Source: Octopus sinensis (lineage: Eukaryota). Taken from it: a stretch of 64,000 nucleotides of DNA. Shown piece by piece: positions 23,996-38,102 of the stretch. Below the pieces are notes generated by a model that had not been told where the DNA came from, did not search any database, and saw nothing but the letters and a program-made list of their open reading frames with translations. Position 1 is the first letter of the stretch. Each line of letters begins with the position of its first letter. The translations under genes were made by a program, and so were the position numbers. The stretch covers positions 58,094,001 to 58,158,000 of the forward strand of contig NC_042997.1 of NCBI RefSeq assembly GCF_006345805.1, in the 5' to 3' direction.

Positions 23996-24569
23996 GACAG
24001 CAATAGAAATGCTACAACAAATAAAATTTACAGTTCCAAATCTTGTGTATTTCTGTTCTTTTATTCAAACCTTACTTGTTATCTCAATCTGGTAAATTAG
24101 TTATTAGTTGAGATATTTAAAGTAAAACGTTAAATTAGGAATTTTGTCTGATGTTTTTTGCAAAGCTTCTTCCAACTGAAACCATAGAAAAGCAAATAAT
24201 CTACAAATCCATTTACCAAATGAATGTTCCCCAAAGCTTTTAAAAAATGAATGCTGCTTCTTGGAAAAAATAAAAAAATTGAAGTCTGTTTAGGTGGGTG
24301 TGAAAATGTCTTCTTCATATCTGTAGTGACAGTATCTTCTTACCACAAAGTCTAGTCCTTATTACAGCTTCGTGACTTATGTGTCTCAATGACCCTGACA
24401 GCAGTGACCTTGACAGTTTCCCATGCTGGACAAGTCAAAAGATACAGGCCAGACTAATGTGGGCTAAAATGGGTTTGCATAGGGCTAACTTACTTGTTTA
24501 TGACAGTCCATCAAAAGTGATACTGTATCATGGATCCAAACCATTCATACTCCACCACCTCTAGCACAT

Positions 24570-24960
24570 TGTTTCTCTTGGGAGTAGATGTGGCTGACAA
24601 AACTGACACAAGAAAGGCAGATCCTGTGGCACTGAAGGCACTGAAAGTGACATCAAACAACAGCTGCAGGGGTTTCATGATGACTCCTCGTCTCTTTGTG
24701 TAGTCTCCTATGTTTGGTTTCAAAGCACTCTACTCCAGCATCACACATGGACCTCCATGCCTTCAGCTTAACAACCAGGGGCTCCAACCAACTGGGAGAG
24801 ACATGGCACAAAATGAGAGACCACTTGAGATGATCATGAAAATGAAGTTTTGGATGTCCATGAGGCCTACTTTTAGTTTCAGTCTCGTTGAAGAGGAGCA
24901 TCTTTGGGAGTTGGTTACCTGGCATACAAATCACGTCTGAATCACCTTCAGATAAGGTTA
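24570..24960 (-). mobile_element. BovB-like RTE 3' coding fragment
   Basis: LPKMLLF..SRPHGHPKLHFHDHLK..WRSMCDAGVECFE followed by a CLQCHRIC..SH zinc-finger remnant. Confidence 0.75.
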
Positions 24961-25359
24961 ATACCCCTACCAAGAAAATTGCAAAGTTTCAGAAGCATTA
25001 ATATCAATTCATAACCAACAAGACTTGGGTTAGGAAGCATTTATGCTGGGCAGCAAAATCTGAAAAAATTCACTGAGGCAGATTTTCAATGGCTGGATGT
25101 CCTTCCTGCAGCCAATCCCTGTGAAAGGCATCTAGCCATAGAAAATGATAACATAAAGAACCAGAAAATATATAACAAGACATCTTATTTGGCACTCTAA
25201 CAGTTCATCCAATCCAATACTCTGGACTTGTCCTTTATTTATGAACCCCTAAAAGATGAATGGCAAAGGAAGTCAACCTTGGTGAGATTTGAACTGAAAA
25301 TGTAGAGAAATTAAGCAAATACTGAATGCATTCCATCCAACCAAAATCTATACACTGCT

Positions 25360-25657
25360 GGTGCCATGTGCAAAGCAGTCATGCCAATACCATATAGAAA
25401 GTACTCATGCCAGTGTCATGTAAGAAGCCCCTATGTCAATGCTATGTATGAAGCACTAATGCTGATGCCATGTAGTAGTACCGGTGCTGGTACTATATTA
25501 AAAGCACAAAGTACACTCTGTAATGTGGTTGCCATTAGGAAGGGCATCCAGCCATAGAAACCAAGTCAAATCAGACAATTGGAGCCTGGTACAGCTTTCA
25601 GCTGGTCAGCTCCTGTCAAACCATTCAACCTATGCTAGCCGAGAAAACAGACATTAA

Positions 25658-25690
<33 letters not shown>
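25360..25690 (+). mobile_element. RTE 3'-tail copy
   Basis: Same tail ending in (GAT)n. Confidence 0.75.
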
Positions 25691-25789
25691 CTATGTACCC
25701 AGGCAACATCTTACAGGCTGTCTACCTCTGTTTTGATACTATATATCCAATCTATTATGCTTGATTGTTACAGTGAGATGTACAATAAT

Positions 25790-26507
25790 AACAATTTCAA
25801 ATTTTGGCACAATGCTAGCAATTTCGAGGCGAGTTGGATAAGTCAACTACATTGATACCCCCCCTTCCCATGTGCAACTGGTACTTATTTTATTGAACCC
25901 GAAAGGATGAAAGGCAAAGTCAACCTCAGCAGCATTTGAACTCAGACTATAAAATTGGGAGAAATGTCACTAAGCAGATTTTGCAGATGTGGTAACGATT
26001 CTGCTATTTCATCAACTTATCAATCAGTAAATAATGATACACACAATAGTTAGTACGATTGTTATGGTCTGCATTGGAATAAGTTAAAACAACATAAAAG
26101 AAAGCAAGAGGGTAAAAAAGTGTATGATGGTGGTATGTGAAATGAGATGAGACTAATTGATCTGGCAATCAATCAATCAAGCCTATGTTAACACCCTAGT
26201 TTCTATCTACACAACCTATATCAACTTACTATATTTATGATATCAATAACTGTGTACTGTTCATTAAGTGTTCATTAAGATAGAATTAAAAAGCTATAAA
26301 AACCTAGCTTGACATACATATATATATTACGTACACTTTTGCTCACCTTATAGTAATATATATATATATATATATAAACGATAAAAAACGATATATATAT
26401 ATATATTTATATATACATATATATATATACACATATATATACATTATATATATATACACACATATATATACATACACATATATGTATATACATACACATA
26501 TATATAC

Positions 26508-26539
<32 letters not shown>

Positions 26540-28170
26540 TAAGAACAATCTTACTGCCTTGACCTTCGAAACGTGGAGTAGATGAAACAAAGGTGACTGA
26601 AGAAGGGGAATTTTCCTTGTTTTGTATGTCCTGTACTCTATTTTTTCGTTGTTTAAGAAAAATGTCCATCTCCTTGGTTTTTTGTTTATGTTTTCGTTTC
26701 TCATTGTGTTCGACGTTTTTTTGGTGTCCTGTACCCATATATGCATGTATATATATATGTAGAGGTAGGTACGTACATATATGTATGTATATATGCATAT
26801 GTTTTATTTATTTATTAATTTATTATATATATATATATATATATACTCTTTTACTCTTTTACCTGTTTCAGTCATTTGACTGTGGCCATGCTGGAGCACC
26901 ACCTTTAGTCGAGCAAATTGACCCCAGGACTTATTCTTTGTAAGCCGAGTACTTATTCTATCGGTCTCTTTTGCCGAACTGCTAAGTTACGGGGAGGTAA
27001 ACACACCACCATCGATGTTTCGAGTTTGGTGACTCTTGTCGATCAGATGTACCGGAGAGGGTCAACCCTGAATGAACTGACAAAGCAAATAGCTCTATAT
27101 ATAATCCAGCCAACACATTGACTGATTTGCACTAGTAGATTGCCTGATCAAAAAAAAATATCGGAGTAAATGCGCAAGCCCATTTTACTTCTGGGATCAA
27201 AATGGAAACTACATAGGGAGTGAAGCAAACTTCTTAATCACACTATTGTACCTGCACCCATGCTTTCTTTGAAATTATGGACAGCAGCCAAACTATTTAA
27301 CCACCAATATATCATTTTGATTTATCTTTTCACTCATAGAGGGTCTGTCAGTATGCCAGTCAGATCCAAGAAGAAATTTCCTGTTCTAATTATTGATTTT
27401 ATAACTTCTAGCCTCAGATTTTATTACAAGCCTGCAGAAATCAAAAATTAATAATGTTATTTTTACCTAAATCAAAAGTTACTTATTTTAGACCATTAAG
27501 TAAAACCATTTCATATCCTGTTTAAATGATCTCTCATGCCCCTCTCTGCAGTTGAGAGTCTCATGTTTGATCTAAATAATTGAGTATGCTATATGGAACT
27601 AGGTAAAAGTCAAACCTGGCAGATCAAATGCATTGAGTATGTAGATTGCTTCCAAACGTTTGTCTGAATGTGACTCTCTGTGACGATGGGTTTGCTTAAA
27701 AAAAAAACAATGACCATAACAATCACAATAATATGAACACGTACAGTAACAACAATCATTCTAGCAATGATAATCCTTTCTACTATAGACACAAAGCCTG
27801 AAATTTTAGATGAGAGGACTAGATGATTACATTGGCTTCAGTATTTGACTGATACTTATTTTATTGACCCTGAAAGGATGAAAGCAAAGTCAACCTTGGT
27901 GGAGTTTGAACTCTGTCCAACATGCTAACGATTCTGATAACTTTAGCAATAATAATGCTTTCAAATTTTGACACAAGGCCAGCAAGTTTGGGGGTGGGTA
28001 AATCAATAACATCGACCCCAGTGCTAAGCTGGTACTTATTTTATCAACCCTGAAAGGACAAAAGGCAAAGTTGATCTCAGTAGAATTTGAACTGAGAACA
28101 TAAAGATGGGCTAAATGCTGCTAAGCACTTTGTCCGGCAAGCTAATGATTCTGCCAGCTCACCACCTTTA
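25790..28170. mobile_element. Cluster containing Nin-domain-like SINE copies (about 25790-26020, 27770-27960, 27960-28170) and a SINE 3' half (26850-27010)
   Basis: ctggtacttattttatcgaccccgaaaggatgaaaggcaaagtcgacc is the reverse complement of the gcctttcatcctt..ggtcgataaa..gtaccag core. Confidence 0.7.
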
Positions 28171-28453
28171 ACAATAGTAATAGCAACAACAATAGTAATA
28201 ATGATAAATAACAACAATGGTTATATCACAAATAATAAATAGAACCAGTCCTCTACATAGTTGCTTAACTTTCTAGAAATAGTAACTAAATCTCTCTCAA
28301 ATTACAGTAATATGGAGTTGATTAGGTCTGTAAATCCAACTGAGGAAAGCAAGGATATGAGACCTCCTCAACAAAGCGTTTTCAGCTCTATTGACTGCAC
28401 TAATAGTGATCCATCCATCCATATATACATACATACATAGTTATATACATACA

Positions 28454-28485
<32 letters not shown>

Positions 28486-28546
28486 CACATACATATTATC
28501 TATATATATAAATATCTCTCTCTCCATATATATATATATATATATA

Positions 28547-28760
28547 TATAATATGTGACAATTATTTGGTTGCCATAATAAAACTCTGAGTTTTGGATGT
28601 TGCGGCGGGAATCTGCTCCGGCATCTTGTTGGTTATCAAGGCAATCAAAAAATGGCAACCGAATAATTGTCACATATTATATTACAGATAAATTCCTCTC
28701 TTTACATAACATCAAGGTCTCATTCATTCTTTTGTTGTCATACTGTTACTATTAATATAT
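28547..28760. mobile_element. Second copy of the foldback hairpin element
   Basis: tataatatgtgacaattatttggttgcca ... tggcaaccgaataattgtcacatattata with the same tail. Confidence 0.7.
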
Positions 28761-29779
28761 ATATTATATGTATACATACAGAGAGAGATAGAGAGAGAGA
28801 GTGAGGGAGAGGGAGAGAGAGAGAGATACAGTGACCCATTCTAAAAATAAAAACAAGATACATTAGATGATATGGTTCCAGGTACATTTTGCCCTATCCT
28901 GGAAATGGAATAGAATGAATATAGCTGGGGTGCCTTTAATCAAAGCTCAACTTGATGAAGGCTGATTTGAAGCTAAACAAGAGCAGCATTATTTCTGACA
29001 GTAATAATTGCAACATCAAGAACAAATCAAAGAACAGAACAACCAGATCAAAAACATCCAGAAATAATACCAAGAACAGAAGCAGAAAAAAAAAAGAAGA
29101 AAAATGATGCATGTCAGAACAAATACTTGAAAAACTCTTTGTTCTTCCACTTCAAAATTGAAGAGAGTAAATTGTAAACATCACAATAGAGTTAGATTGA
29201 ATAATAAATTATAACTGGAAAAAACTGTATTGAAGGAAGGTGTTTGATCTTCTCTCATGTAATTGGGGTGTTGTAAAACATTTTTCTTTAACAAATTTTG
29301 AAGAAATAAATCTAAAGAATCATATAAGTGTTTGTCATCAAAATTGATCAATAAAATGATTTGTCTTTAGGGTGGGGAAATGGCTGATAGGAAGAATGAG
29401 AGACTAAATACTTTATAACAAAGTATTTTTCTTTACATTCTGTATTTAATTCATGTCATATTTGATGTTACTTTTATCCTTCCTGGGTCAATGATATAAG
29501 TACTTGCTCTAAACTGTTTATAGTTAAAACTGTGCAAAAATATCTTGCATCAAGCTAAAGAAATCAATATTTTATTCAAGTGTAATAAAACAGAAACAAT
29601 TGCTCGAATTTTCTGAATCAAGGACATTTATTAATAGGTCTATTGAACTACTGGTAAATGTAGCTTTTTGATTTTGAGGAAGTGAGAAACAAAATTTGTA
29701 ACATTCATACCTTTCCAACACATGCTCAGTCACATACATACAGCTGCTTCACATCCAGTTTTCCATGCATGCATGGATA

Positions 29780-30560
29780 GTATGCTTGAAGGAATAATAA
29801 TTTTTATGGTTGTTTTCTTATTACTCAGATATACTTCTTTACACAAATACCACCCTTCATGCACATCTCGTATCTGTGATGTCTCTTCTCTAATAAACTA
29901 TATCTGATTTCTTTTATTCTTAGTTTTTCTCTCAGATCTTTTATGCCCATTGCTTATGCACACTAACATTATACAACCAGTAAAGTATGTTCACTTCATT
30001 TCTTTCTAGCCTTCACACATCTGTTTTTAGTGTCCGTGTTTTGCTGCAATGAAGTGTAGCACTTTGTACTCAAGCACCATTCACCTATGAGAGATTCCCT
30101 TGGTTACCAGCAAAATTAATAGTCCCTGAAATTTTTTATTCTAATTGTACTCTAGCTTCAATAATTTTGGGATATCCACGCCCACTGCTGATTAGGGCAC
30201 CAGGTACAAGAAACTTCTTAGAGGGAGACTTGAGTATTTAAAAGAATTGATTTCATAGGAGACCTTACTGCTAACTTCTGTGCAACTGCTCCATACTAAT
30301 CCCATCTCTGTAAACCTTCCTATGATCCCACTGCACTCTTCTGTACCCATTGTTTATATTGCATACATAGTATAGAACTCATACTGACAGATTTCCTGTA
30401 TACAAAGCATGACTGCTTCCCTGACCACTGTAAAATTCTGTATCTTATTTTTCTGCTAATTAAAACCTTTGATTTAGTAATTTTACTTTAAAACCTCTTG
30501 ATTTTAGGCTTTGTTCTCATGTTTAGAATATTTTCTCTTGTTTTTATTTAAAAAAAATTT
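29780..30560 (-). mobile_element. Highly decayed RTE fragment
   Basis: Remnants of CSVC..GVGRNSI..C..W.HKRCSGI.GR and RLxxACVRSAMLHGSET. Confidence 0.5.
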
Positions 30561-31254
30561 TTGACTGATTTGGATGTGAGAACAAGATATCAGTACAAAG
30601 AAACTGAATCTACTTGAGTGTAGCCCCACTCTTTCTCATGCATTTACCTCATTCAACAATGTTCAAATTCTAGAGCAGCAGGAAAACCCATAAGAGAACT
30701 AACATTGATTGAAGCAACACAGACTACAAGTAGAAAACAAAACAAATAAAAAAAAACAGGAAAATCTCAATTAAATGAGCAGGCATACATACTTCGTCAA
30801 ATAATAAAATAATTAACTAATGGAAACATTAATTTACATGACAGAAACAAAAGTTATTAACAACAGCAACATTTTTGCTAGTATTGCTGGTGAAAGAGAA
30901 GTATTAGACATTGTTTAGCCATTGGACAAAAAAAGGAGCAGTTTTGTGTTATTAAAGAGAGTACCTCCTTGCTTGAGAGATGCATCCAAGAATAGGCAAA
31001 GAAAAAAGCTGAATTTCCTTTACTTCAGGAATGATGAAACAGTTTTACAAATGTCCTCAAAAGCAAACAGTTGAAAGGAGCCCTAAATGACATATAGAAT
31101 AATACTACTTCTATATGAGATGAGACAGGGCATATGGGAGTATGTGTCTGGTAGCCAGTGGCAGATCTATAATATTGGGACCCTGAAACTTAAAATGTTA
31201 TGGTGGCCCCTTTACAATTAGCATCCTTATAAACAAGATCCTCAATGTGCTTGG

Positions 31255-31470
31255 AGAAACTCTAGGTATTCATGAAAATCAACTGGTTGCTCTGTTCAGG
31301 GACTATATATAACTTCCACAAATCCTTGGCCTGGTAGTACTGTCAGGAGACATTTCCAGTTTGAAATAAACTCTATTTGCCTGGAAGTGTTGTTTTCTGG
31401 GACTATCTAAGATATTCTAAGAGTGATGAAACCATTATACATGCATTCTTTCAATATCCAAAGAGTGTTT
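31255..31470 (+). mobile_element. Decayed Tx1/L1 zf-RVT fragment
   Basis: ETLGIHENQLV..FHKSLAW..FPV*NKL..SDETIIHAFF is homologous to 53720-54384. Confidence 0.6.
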
Positions 31471-32190
31471 ACTTATCCCAAGATGCTGAATCTTTTGAGG
31501 GAGATGACCGAGGACCAAGATATGGGGTGCATTGTTGTACTCAAGAAGATCTGCTCACGAGAGAACTGAGATCCTAAAACTAAGGTGCCATGTAAAAAGC
31601 ACTGGTGATGGTGCCACATAAAAAGCACACAGTATACTCTATACAGTGGCTGGCATTAGGAAGGGCATTCAGCAGTAGAAACCAAGCCAAAACAGATTAT
31701 GGAATCTGGTGTGGCACCTTACTTGCCAGGTCCTGTCAAGCTGTCCAACTCATGCCAACATGGAAAGCAGATGTTAAATGCTGCTGCTGCTGATGCTAAC
31801 TTGTTTTTTGTTGAAGAGCTGTTACTGCATGTAGTATGGATCCAGATTTCTACCAAGTCTACTTCAAAGATCGCCTCTCTGCAATCTTTAAAATGGACTA
31901 AGAAGGGCTGAAGATTTTCCTCTCTTTGGTGAATACAGCAAAAGATGTGTGAGATGCATGTAACTGAAAGGACTGAGGACACATATTCCCCATTCACTAC
32001 CAGTCAAGCTCTCATTAACATTTATTGAAAGGTGGGTGAAAGTAGAGAGCATGGTTTACTCTCAGCATGTGTCTGTAGGCTGGGAATGACAGCAAGGAGT
32101 GGGCATTTACTCTTGATAGTTATGGATAATGCAGAATATGTGGGGTTCTTTGATTAATTCTGAACGGTGATTCTCCTGTTGGACAATCAC

Positions 32191-32311
32191 CTATACACAC
32201 AGGATTGTGTTTACTGAGTATATTTCACTTTCTTTTTCACATTCAGTGGATTTCAATGTAAACACACCCACACCCACTTTTTGCAACCTGTCCATGTAAT
32301 GTTCCCATCTT
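32191..32311 (-). CDS. Putative terminal coding exon of an unidentified gene
   Basis: Acceptor ttcttttatttgcag|A; phase-2 frame RWEHYMDRLQKVGVGVFTLKSTECEKESEIYSVNTILCV*; AATAAA about 160 nt downstream. No homology recognised. Confidence 0.4.
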
Positions 32312-32334
32312 CTGCAAATAAAAGAAATCATTAA

Positions 32335-32357
32335 CAACAACAACAACACAACAACAA

Positions 32358-32411
<54 letters not shown>

Positions 32412-32412
32412 C

Positions 32413-32444
<32 letters not shown>

Positions 32445-32470
32445 ACAACAACAACAACAACAACAACAAA
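32335..32470. repeat. (CAA)n(CAG)15(CAA)n tract
   Basis: 15 uninterrupted CAG at 32361-32405. Confidence 0.95.
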
Positions 32471-34018
32471 AAAAAAAAAAATAATTGTTGTTGTTGCTCC
32501 AGTTGTTTTATCATTATTATTTACTTTCATTGTTTAATCAAATGCAGTTCTATTACTCTCAATCCACACAGAATTTAGTTTTGTTTTTTTTTCTATTGTG
32601 TTCACATTACTCTCTGAAATATATTTTTGCTGTGTAATATATAATAATGCTGTTTCCTTTATTTTGTGTGTGTGGAGAGGTCCTGGAGTTTTGTTTATGT
32701 ATTTGTTTGAATCTATTATTATCATTGCCAAGACACCTATTATTGTAAGAATTATTCATATTTGCAATTATTACATTCTGTATATCTTGATTCCCAGGTC
32801 TTTATAAGTGGATGTTTTTTTTTCTTTCTTTCTTTCAGAGATATATTGCCATCCATCTATTGACTAGAATATATTATTTTCATGCATTTGATAATAATAT
32901 CATAGAAGCTTTCCTTAATATCTCTGTTTGTGTTATCGTTTTGGTCTAACCCAGGTAACCTTGGATGAGAGAGCTATGATCTAAAGTATTGCATGCATGA
33001 TCACATGTTTTTTCAGTCAGTGAACCACAATATCTATTGTGTTTTTCCTCTAAGACAACAGAGTATGATTTGATGGGAATATGGTTGCTATGCCTAGCAA
33101 GTTAAGCTACCATGCAGAGGCTCCCTAGTGAGCTTGTCCTTGTCTCTGCTTCCTTTGTCATTGTCTGAAACCTTTTATGGTGTGTTTTTTGATTTCTTTT
33201 CTATTTATACTCAATAATTCTGGCATAATCTCCAACTTTGTTGTATCTATTTATATAATAATTCATTTTGGACATGCTTGGACAACTAGAAACAATATAA
33301 CTGATTGGCTTGGAAGCATCTGCTATGCTTTCACTAATCATTATAGACCTCCTATCCTCAACCCAATGGAACATTGAGGCCATGACAGCAGGTGTTAAAG
33401 AGGCCTTCACCAGCACTTGGCTGATACTCATTAAGTGCCTTGCTTAAAGATACAAAGCACCACCTGGTCCAGGAATCAAACCTATGACCTTCTGATTGTA
33501 AGCCAACACCCTAACCACTGGGTATGCATCTGGCTGGTTGGCTGGCTGGCTAGTTAGATGGATGAATAGATACATGAATTCCAGATCACTTCAACTCCAA
33601 ATGTGCTGATATCCTAGGTTATCCTTCCTCCCAACTGCCTTGTATAATGGATTTTGCTATAATACCATGCCTCATGGCAAGGCAATACTATGGAAATATT
33701 TTTGGAGAGCTACTAATAATGTGGGTTGCATCTTCAACATTAATTTAACATAACTGATAACAGATGTATTTCTGTTGTACTGTTATATATGAGAAACTTC
33801 AAAGATATTTATCATTTTGGGTCCTTATTTTCAATTTAGGCATACCTGGTCAATATCTACATTGATGTGGTTCTGCTTTGATATTTTAAATTTATGGCTT
33901 AGATCTTAACTAACAGCCACTTAAGTTCCCCAAATTAATAATGATACAGCAAACACTTTGTAAGGTTATTGATTTGTTATATGCAGAAGAGCTTCTCCTT
34001 TTGGTTGTGTAGCATTAC

Positions 34019-34096
34019 TTTGTTACACATTCTTCATTACAAGTGCCATAACAAGATATCTTTTCATCAATCACAATGTAAACATAGCATTCATCA
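34019..34096 (-). CDS. Putative internal exon (78 nt, phase 2-2)
   Basis: ctcttttaatgtctag| DECYVYIVIDEKISCYGTCNEECVT |gtaatg; only one frame is open and it joins the 32311 exon in phase. Confidence 0.4.
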
Positions 34097-34563
34097 CTAG
34101 ACATTAAAAGAGATAATTAATCAGTTGATAGATAAGCAATCATACTAATTTGATGCAATACTTTGTTTCACAATCATTTATATAGCCACTCTTATCGTAT
34201 ACAAGTTCCATTCCAATGTATTGTAACAATGTGGAAAGAAAACCGAGGTGCTTCTACATACTGGATATGTTACATACATGCAGGTGAGGACATGAACAAA
34301 GGAGCTTTATGTTGAAATTACATTTCTATTTTCTCCTCACCTGATCATATAGTAGACACAAGCAGACATAGTTGTGTGGTTAGGAAGATTGCTTTGAAAT
34401 CATGTGTTTTCAGGTTTGGTCCCACTCTATGGTATCTTGGGCAACTATTCTTTATTATCCCCTACATGGCCTTGCTTTTGCTTTTTGAGCCAAAAAATTA
34501 ACTTAACTTAACTTATAGCCTGGTAAGTGAATTTGGTTGATGATGACTGTATGTGTACGTGTT

Positions 34564-34595
<32 letters not shown>

Positions 34596-36379
34596 CGTGC
34601 GCACGCACGTGTGTGTGTGTGTGTGTGTGTGTGCGTGCGTGCATGCGCGTGTGTGTGTGTGCGTGTGCATGCATGTGTGTGAGTATGTGTGTGTGTGTGT
34701 GTGCATGCTTGTGTGTGAGTCTATATATGTGTGTGTGTACATGCACATGCATACGTGCATATGTGTGTGTGTGTGAATGTGTGTTGTTGTACTTGTGTTT
34801 GCCTCCCTCTTATTGCTTGACAACTGGTATTGGCTTGTTTACATTCCAGTATGTAGCGGTTTGGCAAAAGAGACTGATAGAATAAGAACCAGACTTAACA
34901 TTAAATACTTATTCGACTAAACCTTTCAAAGTGTTGTCCCAGCATAGTCAGTGTCCAAGTAAAAGCCAAAAGAGTAAAGATAAAAGATATACTCTTTGAG
35001 CTGATTAGGGATCCTTTACATGACTGGTCACCAGCTGGAAACAGTAGCCAAATCTTCCTCAAATCATACTCCACAATCTTAGGAAAAAAACATTTTGGAT
35101 TATGTGAGCCAGGTTCTTTGCAAATAGGAAAAGATGGGATAATCATGACTGGAATATCTTTGATGAACACTGATCTGGGAATAAATATCAATATGACCTT
35201 CGAGCCAGTGAGGTAGCCTCTGGTCATTTAATTAGCCAGAAACAATAGCCAAATCTCCCTTGAATTACATCCTACTATTATAAGAAAAGTAAAGGAAGAA
35301 AATATTGGATAAAGTGGTCCCAAAAAAAAAATGCTGGGATGGTTTTACCCTGAATATCTTTAATTATAAGTCTGTTCAGTTAGGGCAACAACAACAAATA
35401 CAATTCACAACAAAACTGTGTAACTAAAATATCCTTCTGAGATATTCTATCTAATCCTTGATAATATTATTTGTTAAGCCTAGCTTCAAGATTGTGGATC
35501 TAGATGAGGGCAAATTCTTTATAGTGTTATTTAGTGTTCCTGGTAAGATGGGAAGCTGGTAGAACCATTAACATATGAGAAAAATTGTTTAGTGGCATTT
35601 CTTTCAGCTGTTCACATTCTGAGATAAAATTCTGCCATGGTGAACTTTACTTTTCATCCTTTCAGGGTTGATGAAATAAGTTCCTGTTGAACACTTGAGT
35701 CAATGTAATTTACTAACTCCACTTTCCCTAAAATTACTGGTATTGTTCCAAAAGTAGAAAGAATTACATAATGCTTTAAGTGTCAAAATGAGCCTGTAAA
35801 TACCCAAGATATTTACTCTAGATAAACAGTTCAACCGTCAGTAAGGAGTGCAAGTGGATTGTTTAGTAGCATGACAAGGAAATGGCCTACTGGAATGATT
35901 TGGCTATTCCTAGCAGCCTGGTGGTTTAGATGTGTTGTTATTATTTATTGGTCTTGATGCTGTGATCACATTGCCATTGTTGTTGTTGTTGGGTATCATA
36001 AACGTTGCAGTGATGTTTCTGGTTGACTTATGCACGCACTCTGCTTGCTAGTGGAAGGAGAACTCTATTTTATAGCGAATTCTTTCAAAGAGAATAAGGT
36101 GCCAAAAGATGGAACTTTAATTAAGATTCTGTTTTACCAGATGACGAAGTGGTTAGTTCTTGTTGATGCATCAATAATTAAGTGTTTACAAGGTAGCTAG
36201 CTGGCAGAAACATTTGCACGCCGGACAAAATGCTTAGCAGTATTTCATCTGTCTTTACATTCTGCCCAGGTCAGCTTTGCCTTTCATCCTTTCAAGGTTG
36301 ATAAATTAAGTACCAGTTGCATACTGGGGTTGATATAATCGACTGGTTTCCTCCTCCAAAATTTTGGGCCTTGTGCCTT

Positions 36380-37315
36380 GAGTAGAAAAGCATTGTCCTG
36401 ATGAAACATGACTCCTTTTGTCAATTTTCCCTGGTGTTTGGTCTTGATAGCCATTCGTAGGTGCCTCAGCAAGTTGGGATAGTACTCTTCATTGGTGTGG
36501 CCCTTTTGAAAATAGTCAATAAACACAATGCCTTTTGCATCTTAAAAAACTGAGGCCATCACTTTCACTGCAGATGAAATAACATTGACCTTCTTTGGAG
36601 CAGGTGAGGAGGGGTGTTCCCACTGCATGGATTGTCTCTGTCTCTGGCTCAAAGTGATGAAACCACCACTTGTCCTGGGTTGGGAAACATTCAAGGAAGC
36701 CAGCTTGATCTGCTTCAAACAATATCAGATTTTCCAGTGATGTGATCAGCCTGGTGTGCTTTGATCATGTTTTAGAGGATTTGGCACCCACTGAGCAGAA
36801 ACCTTCATCATGCCAAGTTCATTGTGCAGAATATCTTCAACTCTCTCATGAGATATGCTAATAGCATTGGTTATTTGATTTATAGTTAATTGCCTGTTAT
36901 CCACCACCCTGTAGTGAACACAATCAGTGTTTCCCTTAGTGGTGACAGTTGCAGGAAATCCAGACTTTGGGTCATCTTCAAGACTTTCTCTTCCCCTCTT
37001 AAATTTAGCTGCCTACTTCTGTACCGTTGCTACTTTATGGGATGATATTCCAGTGTTATCCCCTAATGTCAGCATGAATGTTTTTGGGAGATAAACCCTT
37101 TTTCTGCAGGTACTTGATAATACCACAATGCCAAATTTTGTCCATTTTCAAGAGAATGTAATTTTTGCAGTAGTCTTTGAGCAGTCACATGTCAGTTTAC
37201 CTGGGAAGAAACAATGCAGTTATTAATAAGCATTGAAATTAAGGCATGCAAGGTTTCACAGCTCTAGCATCACTCCTTCATAGTTAGCCTATGAACTTTC
37301 AAGTCCACCCTCTTA
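36380..37315 (-). mobile_element. mariner relic
   Basis: WFHHFEPE..., GHTNEEYYPNLLRHLRMAIKTKHQGKLTKGVMFHQDNA; TIR-like end gaactttcaagtccaccctct. Confidence 0.8.
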
Positions 37316-37486
37316 GTCCCAGATCACTTCTCATTAAGTAGACTTATTATAAAAAAATTTATGACAGAGTCTATTCCTACTTTCTTCAAAAGAACAGTGT
37401 ATTACTAATGATAAGCTTCCTTATTTTAAGACTATAATATAGAGTAATTTATTAGATATTTTGGTACTATTTCCAGCAGGTCCAAC

Positions 37487-37772
37487 TTCTGCATAGAGAC
37501 CACCCACACACATTGGCTAGCATTGCTGATATTCTTGGCAAAAGAAATTACTGCCAAACTACCAATTCCTGCTACCACCTATAAATATGAGACTTTATAT
37601 CTATACAAGAAATAATAAAGTATGTAAATATATATAGAAGTGAGTATTAGAGCATATATGAGACAGCAATTACATAAAATCTGTACAATTACATAGCACA
37701 CCACATTATAATTTGCATTTTTCTTGTTGTTACATTCCTTTGCATCTCTCCAATATCTTAAGCCCTTACAGC
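37487..37772 (-). CDS. Two putative exons (37772 to about 37700; 37578 to about 37487)
   Basis: Acceptors gatttcttttatag| and catatttatag|; reading CKGLRYWRDAKECNNKKNANYNV-VVAGIGSLAVISFAKNISNASQCVWVVSMQ is phase-compatible, but the donors are ambiguous or weak. Confidence 0.3.
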
Positions 37773-37812
37773 CTATAAAAGAAATCGTTACAAAAAGAAA
37801 ATGTTGTTGTTG

Positions 37813-37858
<46 letters not shown>

Positions 37859-38052
37859 CATCATACTTCAACAATGTAATATTTACAGTTAGATTCTCAC
37901 GTGTATATGATACACACACACACACACACGCACACACACCACACACATTTATGTGAATATATCTAATATAATGATATATATGATCTACCTACCTACCTAC
38001 CTACATACCTACCTACCTACCTACCAACTTACCTACCTACCTACCTACCTAC

Positions 38053-38102
<50 letters not shown>

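Noticed and set aside
23000-24100. Poly-D, poly-T, poly-H and poly-G ORFs as a low-complexity protein
   Set aside because: Open on several frames and both strands only because of trinucleotide repeats; no splice or domain support.
26545-26740. cttcGAAAcgt...gaCTGAAGAagggg as a permuted hammerhead
   Set aside because: Stems II and III cannot be closed correctly around the core; probably part of an unrelated repeat.
28945-28985. ttgatgaaggctgatttgaagctaaac as a hammerhead relic
   Set aside because: Both core halves are altered and there is no stem I; indistinguishable from chance.
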